A stretch of DNA of 64,000 nucleotides from positions 31,963 to 95,962 of the forward strand of contig NZ_JAAHHD010000019.1 of the NCBI RefSeq assembly GCF_010672205.1. Reading direction: 5' to 3'. The notes below the pieces were generated by a model. That model was not told the DNA's origin. It worked only from the letters and a program-made list of their open reading frames with translations, and did no database searches. Source of the stretch: Moorena sp. SIO3A5 (lineage in GTDB: Bacteria > Cyanobacteriota > Cyanobacteriia > Cyanobacteriales > Coleofasciculaceae). Below, in pieces: positions 60,619 to 64,000 of this stretch (the stretch's first letter is position 1; each line of letters starts with the position of its first letter). The position numbers and the translations under genes are program-made.

Positions 60619-61035
60619 TTAACCCAATGGGATCACGCACTGACCAAATAACTGATTGTATTCGCTAATACCCGGGCACAGGCATTTGCTGGGATAACCA
60701 AGGGCATTGGTATCCCTTGTACATGTAGCCGGAAGAGGCTGTACTTGGATTGAACATGAGCTTTTAACTGAGATAGAGTCCAATCCCCGGCTAGTTGCAT
60801 TATTAATGTCCTCGATCAAGCACAACCCGACACTTGAATCATATTCATATCCATCCGGGCACACGCAGATACTAGCATTGCCGCAGGGGTTGTAATCCCT
60901 AGTACAAATACCATCAGCACTTAGGACGGCTGGCATATCACCTTGGGCCATTGCTGCAGGGGAGACCATCAAAAACAGCTGCACTGCCATCAAGAATGCG
61001 AAAATCGCTTTTAAGGGTCTCGAAAATCTTTTCAT
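60619..61035 (-). CDS. secreted cysteine-rich protein with two internal C-x-CP-x-G-x-EY-x-G-x-C repeats
   Basis: Signal peptide MKRFSRPLKAIFAFLMAVQLFLMVSPAAMA; 12 Cys. Confidence 0.5.
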   Translation of the reverse strand: MKRFSRPLKAIFAFLMAVQLFLMVSPAAMAQGDMPAVLSADGICTRDYNPCGNASICVCPDGYEYDSSVGLCLIEDINNATSRGLDSISVKSSCSIQVQPLPATCTRDTNALGYPSKCLCPGISEYNQLFGQCVIPLG

Positions 61036-61251
61036 TTTTTTTCGTTTGTTAACTCAACTATATATAAATAAATTATATATCTATCTATAGATTCTTCGAC
61101 GTTTTGGAGGGGTGCAAATTAATGCAATATTGGTAGATGAGCACCTACCTAACCTGTTGCGCATTTAAGTTAGATATTATTCAGTTAGAAAAAACTCCCT
61201 GTACTCCCTACTCCCTACTCCCTACTCCCTACTCCCTATTCCCTTTGCTAT

Positions 61252-62586
61252 ATGAGTGCTGAAACTATACCCCAAGAGCTGCAAGCCGAACAACTGTTAG
61301 ACTTAGCAGCTAAATCAGGAGCGACTAGTGCAGAGGTTTATCAGTCGCGATCGCTTTCTCGTCCTGTGTTTTTTGAAGCTAATCGACTCAAACAAATCGA
61401 AAGTAGTCAATCGGAAGGGACAGCGCTACGGTTATGGCGAGACGGACGTCCAGGACTAGCAGTTGGCTATGGAGCAGTGGCAGCACAAGATTTAGTAGAC
61501 CGGGCAATGGCCATGACTGCACTCAATGAACCGGAATCTATAGAACTGGCTGATGGCCCTAGCGCTAACTATTCCGACTCACCAGAAACTATACCGATAG
61601 AAGAACTAGTAGCAATCGGCTCGGATGCGATCGCATTAATTCGCGATGCCTACCCAGAAGTATTGTGTAGCGCTGAGTCGGAATGGGAGTTAGAAACCAC
61701 TAGCTTAATTAACTCTGAAGGATTACATTGCTCTTACACTGACACAACCCTCAGTTATTTCCTTGGGGTAGAGTGGGTTAGGGGTGAAGACTTTTTAAGT
61801 GTTGGTGATGGTACACAAATTCGATTAAGCCCATCTGAGCCTAAAGAAAGCCTAAACACTAACAAAGTCCTAGACCAAATCTTACAACGCCTCAACTGGG
61901 CAACGGAAAATGTCTCTACTCCCAGTGGTCGTGTGCCAATTTTGTTGACCTCTAAAGCAGCGGATTTGCTATGGGGCACTGTGGAAGCAGCCTTAAATGG
62001 AAAACAGGTACTTGAAAAAGCCACCCCCTGGAGTGATAGTCTAGGTCAGGTGGTTACCTCAAAAAACCTGACCCTGTTTCAACAACCAAATCCTGAATTT
62101 CCTTACAGTTGCCCCTTTGATGATGAAGGCACCCCTACCCAATCCCTCGTATTTATCAGTGAAGGGCAATTGCAACAGTTTTTTTGCGATCGCACTACCG
62201 GTCGCTTACTGGGAACTGGCACAACTGGCAATGGATTTCGCCCTAGCCTAGGCAGCTACCCAACCCCTGATCTCGTCAACTTACTGATTAAACCAGGCCA
62301 AGGGTCACTCAATGACTTAATTGGAAAATTAGACGAAGGATTAGTCATAGACCAGATTCTCGGCGGTAGTGCTGGCATCTCCGGTGACTTTTCCGTCAAT
62401 GTTGAGTTAGGGTATCGAGTCCAACAAGGCAATATTATTGGTCGAGTCAAAGACACCATGGTAGCTGGGAATGTTTACAACACCCTTAAGCAGTTAGTAA
62501 TACTGGGTGATGATGCTGAGTGGCAGGATAGCATCTACACACCCTCTCTAATTGTGGAAGGACTATCGGTAACCTCTAGTGATTAG
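61252..62586 (+). CDS. pmbA: TldD/PmbA-family metalloprotease
   Basis: 444 aa; family-typical C-terminal GxGxSxDFS / GNVY region (GGSAGISGDFSVNVELG). Confidence 0.7.
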   Translation: MSAETIPQELQAEQLLDLAAKSGATSAEVYQSRSLSRPVFFEANRLKQIESSQSEGTALRLWRDGRPGLAVGYGAVAAQDLVDRAMAMTALNEPESIELADGPSANYSDSPETIPIEELVAIGSDAIALIRDAYPEVLCSAESEWELETTSLINSEGLHCSYTDTTLSYFLGVEWVRGEDFLSVGDGTQIRLSPSEPKESLNTNKVLDQILQRLNWATENVSTPSGRVPILLTSKAADLLWGTVEAALNGKQVLEKATPWSDSLGQVVTSKNLTLFQQPNPEFPYSCPFDDEGTPTQSLVFISEGQLQQFFCDRTTGRLLGTGTTGNGFRPSLGSYPTPDLVNLLIKPGQGSLNDLIGKLDEGLVIDQILGGSAGISGDFSVNVELGYRVQQGNIIGRVKDTMVAGNVYNTLKQLVILGDDAEWQDSIYTPSLIVEGLSVTSSD

Positions 62587-62688
62587 TGGGTCAGTGCTCG
62601 GTGCTTGGTGCTTATTTCTTTGTAACTACAGAAATTCTCCTGGTATTTACAAAGCACCCACGAATAATCACTAATGGAAATTAACCCA

Positions 62689-64000
62689 TGATCAATCAAT
62701 GATCAATCCCATTACCCAATGGCTGATCCCCAAAAGAAGTCTTGCCCTTGCCGAAGCCTGTCTGATTGGATTCGTCTCAGGACTCTCAGCAGTATTACTC
62801 AAACACAGTATTGGCTGGTTAGGGAGGTGGCGGCTTCAAGCAGCTCTAATCCTACCCCCTAGCTTTGCCCTACCCGCTTTTGGACTCTGCTTAGGATTAC
62901 TGTGCGGATTCCTGATTGAGTTTGTAGCATCAGAGGCAACAGGTAGTGGCGTACCTCAGATCAAAGGTGCCCTTGCCCGGTTTCCTATCGCGATGAATTT
63001 ACGGGTGGCTGTAGTCAAGTTAGTTAGTACTATCCTATCTCTGGCGGCGGGAATGACTATGGGACGGCAAGGCCCAACGGTTCATATTGGGGCAGCTTTG
63101 GCAGCTCAATTGACTCGCTGGGTACCCACCTCTCCTGATCACCGACGTCAAATGATTGCTGCTGGGGCTGGGGCTGGATTAGCCGCTGGGTTTAATGCTC
63201 CCCTGGCTAGTGTAGCCTTTATCTTTGAGGAACTGTTACCAGATTTATCTAGTATAACTCTGGGTAGTGCTATTCTAGCATCCTTTATTGGTGCGGTGGT
63301 TTCCCGGCTCTTGGGTGGAGGTACCCTAGATCTGAATCGGGAACTAAGCAATTTTTCCAGCACCTTTTCCGCTCTTGAGATTCCCTTCTATTTGTTGTTA
63401 GGGGTGTTGGCTGGATTGCTAGCAGCTTTGTTTAATCAGGGAATTCTGTCCAGTCTGAACTTTTACGACCGTCTCAAGCTCAGCTTACCATTGCGGATTG
63501 GTATAGCTGGGATGCTGGGTGGGTGTATTGTAGCACTGCTACCGGATCAGTTCCATAACAACAGTGGTTTGCGGGAGTTGTTGCTCACTGGTGATATCGG
63601 CTGGGAATTTACTTGCCTCGCTTTTGTGGTCTACTTCTTACTGACCATAATTGCCTATGGTTCGGGAGCACCAGGGGGGTTGTTTCATCCCTCCCTAGTA
63701 TTGGGTTCCGCATTAGGCTATTTAGTTGGCATCGGTGAGTATCACCTGCTCGGATTAGGTTATCCGATTACCTACGCCTTGGCAGGGATGGGAGCATTTT
63801 TTAGTGCCGTTTCCAAGGTACCGATCACAGCGATTGTGATCGTGTTTGAGATGACAACGGACTTTAATCTAGTCCTACCTTTAATGATCACCTGTGTGGT
63901 TTCCTACCTAGTTGCCGATCAATTAGCCAAAGGGTCTCTCTATCAACGTTTGTTGGAGAGGAAAGGCTACAGCTTGCCTAAAGTAAAGGTGGACAAAAGA
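62689..64000 (+). CDS. ClC-family voltage-gated chloride channel/transporter (3' end beyond the window)
   Basis: GSGVPQIK, GRQGPTVHIG and GAPGGLFHPSL selectivity-filter motifs. The ORF is open to the window end. Confidence 0.8.

Overview
This is a 64-kb segment of a filamentous-type cyanobacterial chromosome. The evidence is abundant HIP1 sites (GCGATCGC), STRR-like heptanucleotide tandem arrays, and a conserved ffh-rpsP-KH gene cluster. Housekeeping genes present include a redoxin, phoH, ffh, rpsP, hemE, an LD-carboxypeptidase, trxA, a Dps protein, TldD/PmbA, a partial ClC channel and tRNA-Ser(UGA). Standing out from these is a pair of paralogous, same-strand export loci at about 21.9-32.6 kb and 34.4-46.9 kb. 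Each locus encodes a HetC-like peptidase-containing ABC transporter (PCAT) with two N-terminal cNMP-binding domains and a C39 domain. Each continues with a HlyD adaptor, a HetP-like small protein, one or more precursor proteins with double-glycine leaders (conserved 'M-x-I-S-D-L-N-H-L-E...GG' leader and a Thr/Ser/Gly-rich 80-90 aa core), a parvulin-type PPIase-like protein and a conserved ~44-aa peptide. One precursor gene is a pseudogene, three occur as a tandem triplication, and long tandem repeats carrying a GCCAATTTGGC inverted repeat lie upstream of several of them. Elsewhere, a TnpB-family gene lacking the zinc-finger cysteines has inserted into an alpha/beta-hydrolase gene. That tnpB gene carries a consensus sigma70 promoter module, which also heads a ~480-bp non-coding repeat element present twice in the window. 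Other features include an N-terminal tnpB remnant, a serine-recombinase fragment, a 1370-aa TPS-domain/CHAT protein with perfect in-frame tandem repeats, and several families of hairpin/MITE-like repeats and STRR islands.
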